64,000 nt of DNA from Lytechinus pictus (lineage: Eukaryota), in the NCBI RefSeq assembly GCF_037042905.1, contig NC_087251.1:40984001-41048000 (forward strand), given 5' to 3'. The notes under the pieces were generated by a model. That model had not been told where the DNA came from. It saw only the letters and a list, made by a program, of their open reading frames with translations, and did no database searches. Below, in pieces: positions 26,401-41,400 of the stretch. The translations under genes were made by a program, and so were the position numbers. Every line of letters starts with the position of its first letter. Position 1 is the stretch's first letter.

Positions 26401-29400
26401 ACTCTAATAATAATGATAATAATAGCCAATTTTTATAAAGCGCTTTTCCCAGAATGGCTCAAAGCGCGTTACAGCATATTATTACCCCGGTCATTGGGTT
26501 CATTTCAATCCCGCATGAAAAGTGCACAATTTCCACACCCTGGGAAGCATTCCTTGCATTCATCGCAGCCTCATTTTGGCGCTGGCAAATTCAAACATAC
26601 AATATCTCTCGCATCCTACCGGTAGATAATGGTAGATAATGACTGATCGACTTTTCATTATCTCCTATACAGTTACAAAGCCTAGTGAATGAAGCCGTTC
26701 GTCTACAAGACGAGTATCCTGGAGAGAATGCTATGCAGCTTGAAGAACAACAAGGTGTGATGGTAGCTGACTGGAATCTCCTACAGGAGAGGGCTACAGA
26801 GAGAAGATCAAGTCTTCAAGCAGCCAATGACTTCCACAGACTCATGGCTACGGTAAGCATTTAACCTTCGCCTCTGATTGACTAGAAAATGAATCTTGGA
26901 AACCCTTATAGCTCACGCTGATTGTAAATAAGATTAATATTCTAAAATGATCAAAACGGAGACAGCCAACTTTGTATTTTACATGTATATGAAGTGTTAT
27001 TGCGAATTTTTATTCTTTTTTTTCTGGTACACGACAAAGAAATGAAAAGTCACTATGTTTACACCTCTTGAACAAATATCTTTTTGAATGACTAAACTGT
27101 ACATTGCAATACTATTTCAAGATTGATTTAAATGATATTTCCAATTCTTTCCTTTTCACCTCCAATGCAAGGACTTGATAAAATGGTCAAAGAACATGAA
27201 TGCAGAGATACTGCACATTGTGATATGATTTTGTTTGAAGTTGTCTTAGAGATTGATTCAAGTCATATGTCCAATTCTTACATTTTCACAATCAGTGAAA
27301 AGTTTTGAACCAATTGTGTGATGTCATGAATACAGAAATATTGCATATTATGATACAATTTTGAAATAAGTTATTTTAGACTTTGATCGAAGAGATTTTT
27401 CCGAACCTTTCATTTTCACCTCCAGTGCAAAGACTTGATCAAATGGTCTGACAACATGAATGCAGAGATACAATCTGAGGAGCCCATAAAGGATGTTTAT
27501 ACTACAATGAGTATGATTAACAACCACGCCCAACTGAGGTCAGAGATTGAAGCTAGAGAAGATAACTTTAGTTCCTTGGTTCAGGCTGGAGAGATTCTCA
27601 TTCAACAGGGTCACTTTGCTCGTCAAGAGGTAGATATCTACTGTGTTTACAATGAGATTCTCATTCAACAGGGTCACTTTGCTAGTCAAGAGTTAGATAT
27701 CTACTATGTGTAAACATGTGTAAACACAATGAGCTTCTCATTCAACAGGGTCACTTTGTTAGTCAAGAGGTAGATATCTACTATGTTTACAGTGAGATTC
27801 TCGTTCAACAAGGTCACTTTGCTAGTCAAGAGGTTGATATCTATTATGTTAACAATGAGATTCTCATTCAACAAGGTCACTTTGCTAGTCAAGAGTTAGA
27901 TATCTACTATGTGTAAACATGTGTAAACACAATGAGCTTCTCATTCAACAGGGTCACTTTGCTAGTCAAGAGGTCGATATCTACTATGTTTACAATGAGA
28001 TTCTCATTCAACAATGTCACTTAGCTAGTCAAGAGGTAGATATCTACTCTGTTTACAATGAGATTCTCATTTAACAAGGTCACTTTGCTAGTCAAGGGGT
28101 AGATATCTACTGTGTTTACAATGATATGAACAAAAGTATGGAATTTTGACTGCTACAGTTGGCATTGTTTGCTTGATGATTCATGTTAGATGTAAATATG
28201 AAGTCGGTAGATGTGAGAGGAAATAAGGAGATTTAGCAGGGCTCGAATTAAGAATTCAAAGGGGGCAAGGCCATCTTTTAACAAGGCACTTTGACTAAAG
28301 GGAAAGTGGTGCTCACTTTAGGGGGCATCCAAGGCTACTAAAAAGGGGATCAATAGTAAAATATACTTTTCAATGGGACACATGCACTAGATTGCCACAG
28401 AGCATTAAGGCGACATGCAAAAAGGGCACTTATTCTGGCCGTTAAGTCTACAAATATTCGGAAGGGCATCAAGGCCATTCTGAGGCTGTTGGAGGCCATG
28501 ACCTTGGGTGACGTTGGATTAATTTGAGCTCTGATGTAATAGGAAATATTTTTGCATTTTCTTCACAAAGTTATTGATATTTCAGATAAAATCACAATGG
28601 AAAAATGCTACATCAATTCTTTTGATACTTTTGCAATCATTTGTGTATAGGCCTACTTATTATTTAAACTTTAATTGTTTGGGTTGATTTTCAAATAGTG
28701 TAAAGTAAGATGAGAGAATTTGAGTTGTATGATGAATATTGTTAAGACTTTAAAATGTGTTAAAGATTATTGAAAAGTTGTTAGTGAGGATGGAAATAAC
28801 TATACTTTTCAAGATATTTAAGAAAATTTTCGTAAGAATTCACCCTCTGCAAAGGATTTCTCTTCCAGTTCTTTCAGATTCAAAATATAACAATTTAAAC
28901 CAAAACTGTCATGCAAACATTTTGGGGGTAGTCCCATACGTGCTTATCTGTGTGCAGTGCTTGTGACCTCTGGAAGAATGAAGTGAATTTTTCATTCTGG
29001 ACATTCCATCGCTTTTCAGCAAACATCGGTTCTTTGGTGCATCCTAAACACCCTATCACAATCACTTAGAGACAGTAAAATCCATTATTCAAAATTTACT
29101 ACTAGGACAAAATGTTATCATAATGAAGTTGCTCAGTAAAGCAGTGGTAATGAGAGAGTGTTTATTTCTTTTGAAGATTCAAGAGAGAATAGAGGCAGTG
29201 CTGCAAGCCAGAGAGGATCTCCATGGAGGATGGCAGAATAAGAAAGTCAAACTAGATCAATCCCATCAACAGCAGCAGTTCTATAGAGAAGCTAAGATTC
29301 TTGAAACACTTAGCAGCCAACAAGAGGTAGGTCATCAAAGCTTAAAGGGATGGTCCAGGCTGGAAATATTTATATCTCAATAAATAGAGTAAAATTCACA

Positions 29401-32400
29401 GAGCAAAATTCTGAAAATTTGATCAAAACCCGGATAACAAATAACAAAGTTATTGAATTTTAAAGATTTGAATTATTTCGGTGAAATAGTTCTAGACATG
29501 TCTTTATGAATATTCATTTGGTGGGCTGATGATGTCATATCCCCACTTGTTCTTTTGTATTTTATTTTATGAAATTAGGTTTATTCAAAAATTTTCTACC
29601 AAGAACTAAAACAATGATATTGACAACTGATTATGTGCATTAGTTATTTATTGCCGCAACTTCTTTCATTATAATGGAGACACATCATTTACACGTGTAT
29701 GAAAAATGAAACATTTAGGATTTAATGTAATAACATAAGAAAAAGGAAAGTGGAGATGTGACATTATCAGCCCACCTAATGAATATTCATGATGATGTGC
29801 ATACATGTATAAGTGTTTTCGCAAAATATTGATAAACTTTAAAATTCAATTACTTTGTAATTTGTTATCCGATTTTGATGAAATTTTCAGCATTTTGCTC
29901 TGTGAATTTTACTCTATTTATTTAGATATATATATTCTCAGCCCGGACCATCCCTTTAATTAATGATCCAAAGTTGAGCAAATTCTGCTTTTTTTTCCTT
30001 TGCACCACGATGCTGAATTAGTTCTAGAACATAGTAAAGGTATTGAAAATGCATGTCATATGACAAGGAACAGCTGGGAGGTCTTTGACGAAAATTGGTG
30101 AAATGGGAGAGCAATTTTGTATTACGTTTTGGAGCTGACGAAAAATTGCAAATATATCATTTGTCCAGAGACACGGACAAAAATGCTGTTTTGATTCACC
30201 AATTTTCAACAAAGACTTCTTTGTTGCTCTTTTTCATGAAAGGCTTTCGACAGGACATTTTCTATGTCCTTGATTTTTTTCTACGTCGCAGTGCGAAAAC
30301 TTCCAAAGACTCCACTCAAATGTAGAATAGGAGAGAGAAAGTAGACCAGTCTCATTAACAACAACAATGCTATCAAGAAGCTGATCTCCTCGCGAAACCT
30401 TACAAGCCTCAAAAAAAGGCGGGCTTATTTTTTTTTCCTCTGAAAATTTCCAATGAAAATTGGACCTTATATTTTGTAAAATGACATCAATGTGTACAAG
30501 TGCCATAAGCAACTCTTATTTGCAGATTAATGTAGAGACATTTGTGATTTGCACCCAGTGAATTAAATTGCATGTTAGATGTGTAAAGAATCCAGTTTAC
30601 CGCAAAGTGTGAATGGATAAGGCTAGATACTGGTATCAATTCATTCAGAACTAAACCATGTACACTGAAATTTAGTAAATCTGATAATTGGAAAAAAAAT
30701 TAACATAATAATAATAATAATAATAGGCATTTATATAGCGCCATCTATCTAGAAATATTTTATTCCGAGGAGCGATGTTATTATTATTATTACCCCGGCT
30801 TTAGCTTGAGCTGCCTTTCAGCGCTCATGCATTCAAAGAATTAATCCTGCCGGGTACCCATTCACCTCACCTGGGTTGAGTGCAGCACAATGTGGATAAA
30901 TTTCTTGCTGAAAGAAATTACACCATGGCTGGGAATCGAACCCACGACCCTCTGTTTCAAAGTCAGAAGACTATTCCACTGGGCCACAACGCTCCACACA
31001 TTGGTGAGGTAGTGTTGAGCTTTCATTATCTTTTGTCTGTGTCTATTCAGGTGTATCTCCAAAGCAGTGATATGGGAGCTACTGTGGAAGAAGTTGAAGC
31101 GCAGATCAAGAAACACGAAGCATTTGAGAAAGTACTTGCAACTCAAGAAGAGAAGGTTTGTACAAACCCTTGCAGTGTTTTCTGTAAAATGGCATCAACG
31201 TAATAGGGGTGGCAAGTAGATGAAGATAAACCTGTACAATGTTCCATAGGGAGAGAATATTGTGCGGATTTTGTGGCACAGTGAATGAATCTAATGACCG
31301 GGCTTGGTTCGGTTTGGTTTGGGTTTATTCACGATTGAATAAATATATAAAATAGTGGAGGTGCCGTGGCCGAGTGGTCTAAGGCGCCTGGCTATACATT
31401 GAAAGTCCGGGGTTCGATCCTGGCCGCGGCACTTATGCCTGTGAGCAAGGCATTTAATCTACAAAGCTCTTTTATCCTGCTTTCAAATAAATGGAAATGC
31501 TATATGCATTATTGGTAACTAGGTGTGCACGTGTTTTAAAAAAATATATATATATATATAAACAAAATATACATTGCATGATGAAATGATTATATACAAC
31601 AGTATTAAAAAATAACATGAATGTAATACAAAATATAGAAATCATATCACATGGATGAAACAATCGTTTCAGATTTGCTATGAATAGCCAATCTGTTCTT
31701 CCCCGGGGTCCCTAAAAGTAAGTAAATTAAATTGATATTGCAATATCTAATAATGATAACATGTTTAAAGTAATTAGAAATGCAGTTTCATTCCCTACGT
31801 AGATGTAGCTATTATTTTTCCTCTTCTTATGAAGAGACTGCAATCAACTAGCTTCTTATTAGGTCACTTTAAAGGAAAAGTAAATTAAATAAATAGTAAA
31901 TTGCAGTGGTGTTTTTATTTGTAAAACTGGAATTCTCTTTCTTGTGATTTTACCAAATTTATAGATAGATTTATAGATTTGAAGAAAAAAATTGCAAATG
32001 AAAAATGCTGCTGGTTGGTTGAGCTGACTCCCGCCCCTTGACTCAAAAGTGTTGATGGCGATATGTTAAAGTAGCCCCTTATGACAAAACATGCTGCTCG
32101 TCTTTGGACAGCTTCTAGCATGATGTTCCTGTTGGTGTTACCGTTGTTTTTGTTGTTGTTTTTATTTTTCTAAACTGTAATTATTTTAGTAGTATTAGTA
32201 GTAGTATTGTAATTATTATTGTCATTATTTTCAAAATTTATTTTTAGGAGGAATACTATTTTTTTCTTTTGTTTTCTTATAGACAAGCACACTTCAGGTC
32301 TTTGGTAGTCAGTTGATGGAAGAAGGACATTTTGATTCACCTGGTATCCAAGAGAAACTCAAAGAAGTCACTAAAAGGTGAGAAGTGATTAACTAAATTA

Positions 32401-35400
32401 AATCCGTTCTTCTATTGCCCTTTCTACAGTTTTCTCCGATCCACTCAATTCATTCCTTCATGTGTATTGTTTGGTTTGTGATCACCCGGTAGATATTTTG
32501 TTATTCCCAGGCCCCGTCTTACGAAGAGTTACGATTGATCCGATCAATCGTAACTATGGAAATCCATCAGTGTCATAATTTTTTCTTCGAAAAATATGCA
32601 CGACCTTTGTATGCAAGGGTAAGCGCAGTGAATTTTCAAGAAAACAATGAATGCATGAATATACGTCATAGCTAAAAAATATTTTGAACAAACATGCATA
32701 ATAGATGTTGACGTTGCTGGCCGTCCATATTTGCGATTGATTGGATCAATAGTAACTCTTTGTATAAAGATGGGCCCCTGTTTTCTTGAGTTTTCTTGTT
32801 CCATTATCTTGGTGTTTTTGTAGCTGTTGTATTTCAGGAAGTAACTAGACACTGATTTTCACTGATTATTGTTATAAGCTACTGAAATTCCTAACATCTG
32901 ATTGGCTAAGTGAAAAAATTAATCTTATCTTGACACACTCTCCAGAACTTTACTATCTTTGTCATTATTCTTGTAGACGAGCAAGGCTTCGGGATCTGAG
33001 TGCTGAAAGGAGGCATAAGTTATCAACTGCTAAGCTGTACGCTCAGTTCAATAGAGACATTGCAGAAGTTAGTGACCCCCATGTTTTGGGGTTTTTTTGT
33101 CTTGAAAATCTCAATAAAATTTCCTTAATTCCTTAAAAGAGTGTTTGTAGTTGGTCTACGTAGAAAAGTAAACTGTGTACCATATTTGTCTCCATGGATC
33201 AATTCCAGGTATTAATAAACACATTTTGCCCCACCCCTAAAAAAGGAATAACTTAACTCAATGTGATTAGAAATATATTAATTATATTTTGAACAGGAAT
33301 AACTCCAATCAACTCAAAAATTATTATGATTTTGACCCTTCTTTGGGGGCTTTCATTAGTTTCTCATGACGACTTTCATTGTCCTGTCTGCATTTATAGA
33401 TTTTTTCAAATATTTTTAAATTCAGTTTCAGTTTACCGGTATCTACATGTACTACCTTTTAAAGCAATGATATTGGTGAATATGTCAGCTATGTGCAATC
33501 CAGATATTCCTTTTTTGTTTTTTTAATTGTTGATATTTGTATTTTGATATGATTTGTGTATTATTTTGATGTTAGGCCTTTTTAGGCCAGCTGTCTATGG
33601 CTTTGTAATTTTTTTAGTAAATAAATAAACCAACCTGAACTTTGTCTTTGTCTTAGGCTCAGGCATGGATTGGTGAGAAATGGAAGACGTTCGGAGATGG
33701 TGGTTTTGAATCATGTAGTAATCTGAGGGAGAAAATGAAGAGACTTCAGAAACATCAAGCCTTTGAAGCTGAAATCAAAGCCAATGAAAAGCTCATCTCA
33801 GATGTTAAACAGGTAATTACAAGCCTCATGATGATACCAGTTTTTGAATATCAATGACAAAGACGCCATTTTGACAAAGAAGGGTTTTTCCACCCAATGT
33901 TGATATAGTTAATTATTATATATAAAATGTAGAATGCATATCAAACAGTTCAGTGTCTTCAACCCCTTTCCATTCCCACTCACACATTTTTTTCAATAAA
34001 ACAAAGAAAAACATTTTAAAATTAGTTTTCTTGAGCATTCATGGGAAGTAGATTACAATTTAATGACACCAGATACTGTGATGAGTAAGCAAAACATTTT
34101 CACTTATTTGAGGCTCATTCAATTGTGCTATAATTGATTACTGATATTTCTTTGCCTGATTTGTCAAATATTGGAGAAGAAATGATGAGATAATCACCCT
34201 ACCATAAGAGGCACAGAGAATAATAAACATCATGCTATTCCATGAAGTATGTACTTACTTTGCCATTCTTCGCCTTTTGACACTATCTTAACCTGTCTTA
34301 TCTCATGTAAGAAGTATTACATTATGTAGTTCAACTAACCTATATCAACATCTTTTTTTGTTTCCCTTTTTCTGTATCCTGACACAGTAGATATATATTA
34401 TTTTCAATTCTATAAACAAATACCTTTTTTTTTATAATTTCTGTTTCTGGTTTTACTCAACCACATATCAAGATACTTTGTCTGTACCCATAGAATTTTA
34501 TTAAGGTAAAAAATATCTTAAGTTACTGTTAACCCATATATAACCTATTCACCTTTAAACAGTGATTGTATTATATTCATATGTCATTTTTTTTTGCTAT
34601 GATTATTGATATTGTATGTATTTGTGCTTTACTTTGTGAAAGGTTTTCCAATTCATCATTGTCTGCAATTAAATTTTCTTATGGAACCATTCCAGTTCAA
34701 TACATCTGATCTTCTATATGTGAGACTTTCTTGAAATGATTTGGCTCTGTTTTCTAATGTATATGAAAGGTACACATTTTACAAGCTTTGCTTTTCAGTG
34801 GACCCCTCCATTCTTCTCATGATATATGATTATATTGATTTGATTATATTGAATTATATTGATTATATTGATTTAAATTTGACATGCATATTAATTTATA
34901 TTTGAATCACTTATTGAATATGTATATTATATATTCAATGTTGAATTTTGTTCATGCTTTTATTTAAATTGAAATAATTTATCTTGTAATTATTTGTATT
35001 ATGTTGAAGAATGAAAAATAAATTGAATTGAATTGAAAGGTTATAATGCTTTAAAAATATGATAGCCTTAGGAGTTTATGAAACGTGGTACGTAAAATTT
35101 AAAAAGATAAAATGTGGGATGACTGTACAAAAACATTGATTATTTCATGGGATTGCCCAATTACATTTACATTATATCTATTGTCTAAAAAGTCAATTCC
35201 ATTCATATTTGATGAGAACACATATTTATGTATAAAATTGCTAATGGTATCCTTCATGAAATGTGATGCTGGACAGTCTAAAGATGATTAAGAAACTAGG
35301 TAATAATTTCACTTTTTTTTCCTTTGATTTAGGTTCCCCAAAATTAGTGAGTGTGATGTCTTTTATTTATTATTTGTTTACTTTTATCAGGAGGGGGAAT

Positions 35401-38400
35401 CCCTATTGAAGCAGCAGCATTCCGACTCGGTAAACATCAAGCAGAGAATGTCCGATATGATGAAATCCTGGAACGACGTTAGACAAGCATCCGCCAAGAG
35501 AGGGCAGCATTTAGAAGAAGTGCGAGACTTGTTGGAGTACAACCAAATGGCAGAGAAGACTGAGAAGTGGACAAGAGAGAAGGTAAATGAAATTCAAACT
35601 GTGGAGTGATTGATAATGTAGATAATTCATTCATTTAACCCTGAATTCATTCATTCAACCCTGTTGCAAGAAAATATTTGCAATCAATCGCAAATATTCT
35701 GTTGCAATTTTACAGTTAATCGATCTCTTTTAACTTCAGTAAATCAGATTACACTTCTTGTTTCATGGAGCAGATTAGCAATCAATCGCAAATTAGCAAT
35801 TAATTGCACGGCATATGCTTGATTTCGGGAACGAAAATAGACTTGCAATTGATCGCAAGTTTCTTGCAACGCCCCATTAGTCATCTTCTGTAGAGGAGTC
35901 TCCCAGCTGTACACAATCGGTACATTTAAGAGTATGTACAAGCACCAATGTGGATGTCAAGCAGTTTCAGAATGCTTTTTGACTCAAAAGAACCTAACCA
36001 ATGTTAAAATGAATGAAGTATTAATGAATATATCAATATTAAAAGATTATGAGAGTTGATGACACTATACTTGTTTTTATTTGTTTGATCAATCTTTTAT
36101 CCGAGTTTGCCATGGTTTAATTTGCTTGTAACTCTAACAGGAAGTGATGGTATCTGCCCATGATGTTGGTAATGACTATGAGCACTGTATGGAACTACAG
36201 AAGAAACTCAATGACATCGGTTCAGTAAGTATTTCATAAAGTATTCATAAAGTAAACTCTAAATCAATTGGCACCTGAATACCTCAACAGTACCATCAAA
36301 GTATACACACCCTCTCGCAATCTTCGTTCAACCACTGACACATGCAGACTTTACATTCCCTTGTCAAAACTATCCTCTGCCGAAAAACGTTTTGCTGTAG
36401 CAGCTGCCAAGACTTGGAATGCCATCCCTCTTCCAATAAGAAATGCTTCCAGTATTCTTGGCTTCAAATCTTCCCTTAAGACACCTTTTTCCTCAATAAT
36501 TAATTTAACTTTTTATCTTGAATATTGTGGTTATTATTGGAAATGTTAAATGATTATTCATACATTGTACGCGCTATGGTACTTTCTGTTTTTAGCGCCT
36601 CTAAATATCCATTATTATTATTATTATTAAAGTATTTGCGAACCGGGATGGTTAGATTCACCTCAAACTCATGGCCATTGTCAGTGTCCCCTCTCTCCAC
36701 TTTGCATGATTCAGTGCATTCTCCCATCCTCAACCCAATCATCTTACACCCCACCGCTTACTTCCATGTCTTCTTTGGCTGGTCCCCCCCCCTTCCTGAA
36801 CCACCCTCCTTGAATTCAAAATCCATAACAACTATTTGATACATGATAGTAAGTGGGATTTTATAAATATACCATGGGTTTGCCTGATGTTGATGGAGTA
36901 CTTATAGGCTGCTAGTAACTTTCTAAAAGCCTACATGGATAATTTTCTGAATTCTTATGTCCGTGGCATGTAATTATTTTCAGATGGATAGAGGAAGAAC
37001 CATGAATATGAAGGTTATGAAAGGAACAATCTCATTTAGATATCTGACCGATTGGTGACAAGACATTTTCTCCAGCGACAATCGCTCCAGACTTTATCTC
37101 GTCTGAGTTATAGGGTTAGGGTTGCAGTTGCAATAGGGTTGTATGTTAGGTTAGGTTTAGGATAGGGTATAGTGTTAAATCCGGGGCTGAAGTTGGTCAT
37201 TCCATTAATGTATGGAATTTGCAGCGGAGCAATTGTCGCTGGAGAAAATGTCATGGAACCGACTGAATAGTGTCTCTGCAGTGAAAAATTTTCTGTGGTA
37301 CCCTTGGATAACACTGCAGTCTATTATTGAAAACCACCTGGAACATTCGGGTCACTTATACATATCAAAGTCATTTGAAGCACACCTGATGATACTTTAA
37401 CATTAATTTCTATGACTTCATCTTTAAATAACAATATGTGACATGCATTTATAGCGTGTAGGGTTATACAGCTCTCATTTTTCAAAGTTACTAAATAACA
37501 CTTAAACTAGTATCCGTGACTTAACTTTAGTTGCTCTCCCTCAGACATCAAATGACTCGTATATTTGGCACAAATAAAGTTGATGGAAGAAAATAATCAT
37601 ACAATATTTGAATATCTAAATATTATTATCAAATGTATGTTGATGTATTTTTATATTTATTTTGTTCTTTGTTATTTATATTTTTTATTTTCATTATTTC
37701 ATTTATGTGGTAGAGGGTTTGAGGAATGTGTTGTTCATGTTATTATACTCACATGTGAGTATAATAACAAATGAAAACAATATATTGTAATTTTGAGATA
37801 TTATATTATTTCATTTCTTGCTAAAAAGTTTTGTTAAAATGCAAATTTTAACTTGCATATGTAATTTCAATGTATTTATTTTACAGGATCTATCAGTGGA
37901 TGATGTGTATGTAAATCAGATGTGTGATTTGGGTGAAAGACTCGTGAAAGATAATAACCCTGATCAGACGAACAATATCAGAAAGAGGACTGAGGATATC
38001 AAAACAAGGTAAAGGAAAAATAACAAAATTAACAATATTTCTACTCTACATAGAGAATATTTTGTTCTGAAATTCAAAGACATGTTAATGCGTTCTGTAT
38101 AAGTTTTGCACTAAAAAGAATAGGCTTTTTATTATTTTTCCTAGAGCGACCAACATGGATCTTCCTAAGGAATTCACTAAGAACTCTTCAAAATGAAGAA
38201 GTATTGCAAAATGTACCTATTCTCAGTTTGATATTTCCAGATTATGTTCGTAGTTTTGAAGTTTTAAACTACCTATTTATATTTGTCTTTTTTTCATTTG
38301 TTGTTCAATGTGCTTTCTATTTTATCAAAAGGCTCTTTATGAATGAAAAGTACTACTATAGATATTATTACTATTGTGGTAAATGAGTTTTGTCAATATT

Positions 38401-41400
38401 TATTATGTTATCCCATTCTTGAAAATGTAAAATCTATTGTTGATACATGTACAACAGAAAATGAATTTTTCATCAGGTTTAATCGATTCTCTTGATGATG
38501 TTTGTTTCTGTAGCTGGCAAGCTCTTCAGTCTGGTCTGACCAAGTATCGTAAAGAATTGACCGACGCTGCTGATATACATGCATTCAATAGAGATATTGA
38601 TGATGTCATGGAGAGAATCAGTGAAAAGGTATCAAAATATATTAATTGAGAGCCTTAAGGCCACCGCACACTTTACGACTGTTCGCGATCCGAATTTGGA
38701 ACAAATCACATTTTGCTCATTTTCTGAAAATGTCAATGGAACATATCATTTTATTTGAGGCTAAAATTAATTGAAAGAATACTTTTATTTGCCTTTATTT
38801 CGGAGTAAGGCATAATTAGTTTCAAATCGTAGCCAATCGTACGACTGCTATGACGTCATTACGACTAGATATTAAATTTGCTTTTATTCTAAGAAGGATG
38901 ATAGCATAGTCACAGATTTGAATATAGGTATTCCTACGATGATTTAGAACATTACACAGTAAGATATTCCAAGTCTCAATATTAGCATCAAATTCTACTA
39001 CATTTTATTCTGAAATCAGGTCGCAGACCAATTGTAAGGTGTGCGATGGCCTTTAGATTTTTCATCCATGACCCAGAATCTTCTTTAGGAGAAATCAACT
39101 GCATATGAAATAGGAGGATAGTGCAGCGCTAAGGGGGGGGGGGGTATTTTGTGTCTTGGACTAGGTTGTTGATGCTTTCTTATAGACTGAAATAGTGATA
39201 CATTTATGAAGCATTTGCCACAAAATATTTTAATGGCACCTTAGTGAGTACAATCTGAAAACCTACCAAATCATATTGTATATAACTTTATAATTGTAAA
39301 CTAGCATTTATTTTATACAACTTGCTTAAATTTTGTGAGATATGGTCTATTGAACACAGAGATATGAGCCTTCTTTCAGTACTCATCAGAAAACCTCTCA
39401 ATACAAGGTTCATTATTACATGTATGTTGAATAAAGTATGTAGTCTACTTACATGTAAGTCTTCTTTCACTCTTATGTTTTTTCCTTTTTTTAGAATTTG
39501 GGCCCACAAGTCACACTTACTTTAATTTAAAAATATGAAGGTTTAAGAAAGCTGGAATGATATCTTTTAATCAAACATGAAAATTATACTTATCAATATC
39601 TACAAGGAAATCAATTAAAACATTATTTTTAATCCATGATCTCATCTTGAACAGTTCTGTTTCTTTTTTCTTGTTGTTTTAGGTTGTTTTACATTATTTG
39701 CATTTATTCTTTTCACAAGCAAACCTAAATAATGTTTAGAAAAGAAGAAGTCTAACATAAAATCCAGAAATGCTTCATCCATGCACTCTTTGTTTTGTTA
39801 TCATCATAATTATTGGTGACTTTTTCCAAGACTGGGGAAATTTACATGTTGAAAGATTTCTTTTCCTGTACCAAATTATGGCCTTCAACTTGATGCCCAT
39901 CAAGGCACAGTCATGTCTCTGCGCATGCAACAGCCATGTGGAGGACAGCACGACAGTTCTTGTCCTGACAACACATGTTAGTTTATACAAACTTGGATGG
40001 AGAGGTTTCCTGATATGTAATGCAAAAATGCTCATGTCTTTGTCATTATTGAACCACATAAAATTTCATCCAGTTACAGAAAATGACTTGAGTTTATGGC
40101 TGTAAAGATGAAAACAGTATGATATTGTAATTTTAATATTTCTAATGTGCCATTGACATTTTTTTATGTGGGACACTGTATACTTTATGTAAATTTTACC
40201 CTGAGAGCATCCAAATGTGATTGATAGAAACACTACAAAATTATCCATAAATAAATCTGGGGGGTGTTTCACAAAGATTTAATTATGATTAGAGTCGCAC
40301 GTAAATGCCTAGTTGGGTGCGGTATAAAAGGCATTGCCGCATTGATCAGATCATGCCAAGAGGACGTGCACTACTGCGTATTGATCAATAAGATCGTGCA
40401 TTGCGTACCTTGTACGCGTCGGCATTTAAGTACGACTCTAAGTCATTCTTAACTTTGTGAAACACCCCCTGGTGTTTTGATGATTTACTCATGTGTATTA
40501 TAACTTTCCTAAGAGAATCCTTTTCTTTTTTTAACTCCCTTAAATTCATCTCCACGTTATCACGTTCTTAATTTGATGAGTTTTACCTGAACTTTGAAAG
40601 GATTGGAAGGGAGGCATGTAGATAGGGATGTAATTGAATAGTTATGTACCCGTTTGTGTATTTCAGAGGAATGCTATGGATATAGATGAGGTAGGTAAAG
40701 ATGTGAGCTCAGTAGAATCACTTCAAAGAAGACATGGCGAGATCGTCAGGGATTCTACAGTGATACAAACCAGACTCAAGGTAGGATTATTTCTATTTAA
40801 TTCATGATTAGGGCTAACAATATCAGAAGAGGCTAATATTTAATTGATTCAAGACCTGTTTAGAATAAATGTATAAGAGGATAATTACGTCTTTTGGAGG
40901 GCCGATAGTTGTTGGGCGAAAAGATCTTGGATACTAATAGAGAAAAGGAGAAAGAGAGCGATATAGGGGCAATAACTTTGTATCTCTCTCTCTCACTCTC
41001 TCTTTCTCATCTTTTGTATTTTCCTCCAAGATCCTCAATAAAAGGAAGAAGATGGATGCAAAATTTAATTGGCTGCTTAAAATCTTCTATGCATGGAGAA
41101 TTGATCGCTATAAAGTAAAACTACTTGTCGCTTATTTTTAATTCTTTCTCGGGACTTTAAGATAGCAATAAGGCAGTGTAATGTGATGACATTATGACCT
41201 AAGTTATCTACATTTCTTCTCTCAGTGGCTTATGTAAAATGTGAAGCAGGTGGATCAGGTATGAATTTGCCTGCATACAATTTCCCCTCATTTGATACAA
41301 GAGAAACGCTCCAGCAAATTGTAATGGTCAGGGATGAGTAATAGGCTTCAAATAATGAGTTGATTTTCGGTGATGACATTACTTTAATAACTTTGATTTA

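Noticed and set aside
27716..27916. Additional spectrin exon (NEILIQQGHFASQE repeats)
   Set aside because: Product of the donor-side minisatellite; no proper acceptor and stops in the 77-bp units.
29171..29177. AAG acceptors (exons 22, 38, 40) as non-canonical splicing
   Set aside because: Still GT-AG introns; AAG is uncommon but ordinary.
31357..31432. tRNA gene
   Set aside because: A/B boxes are present but the cloverleaf is imperfect and runs into a SINE-type body; the same applies at 55984-56055 and 44075-44145.
37106..37170. Interstitial telomere (TTAGGG)
   Set aside because: Only a few degenerate units, and they lie inside a MITE.
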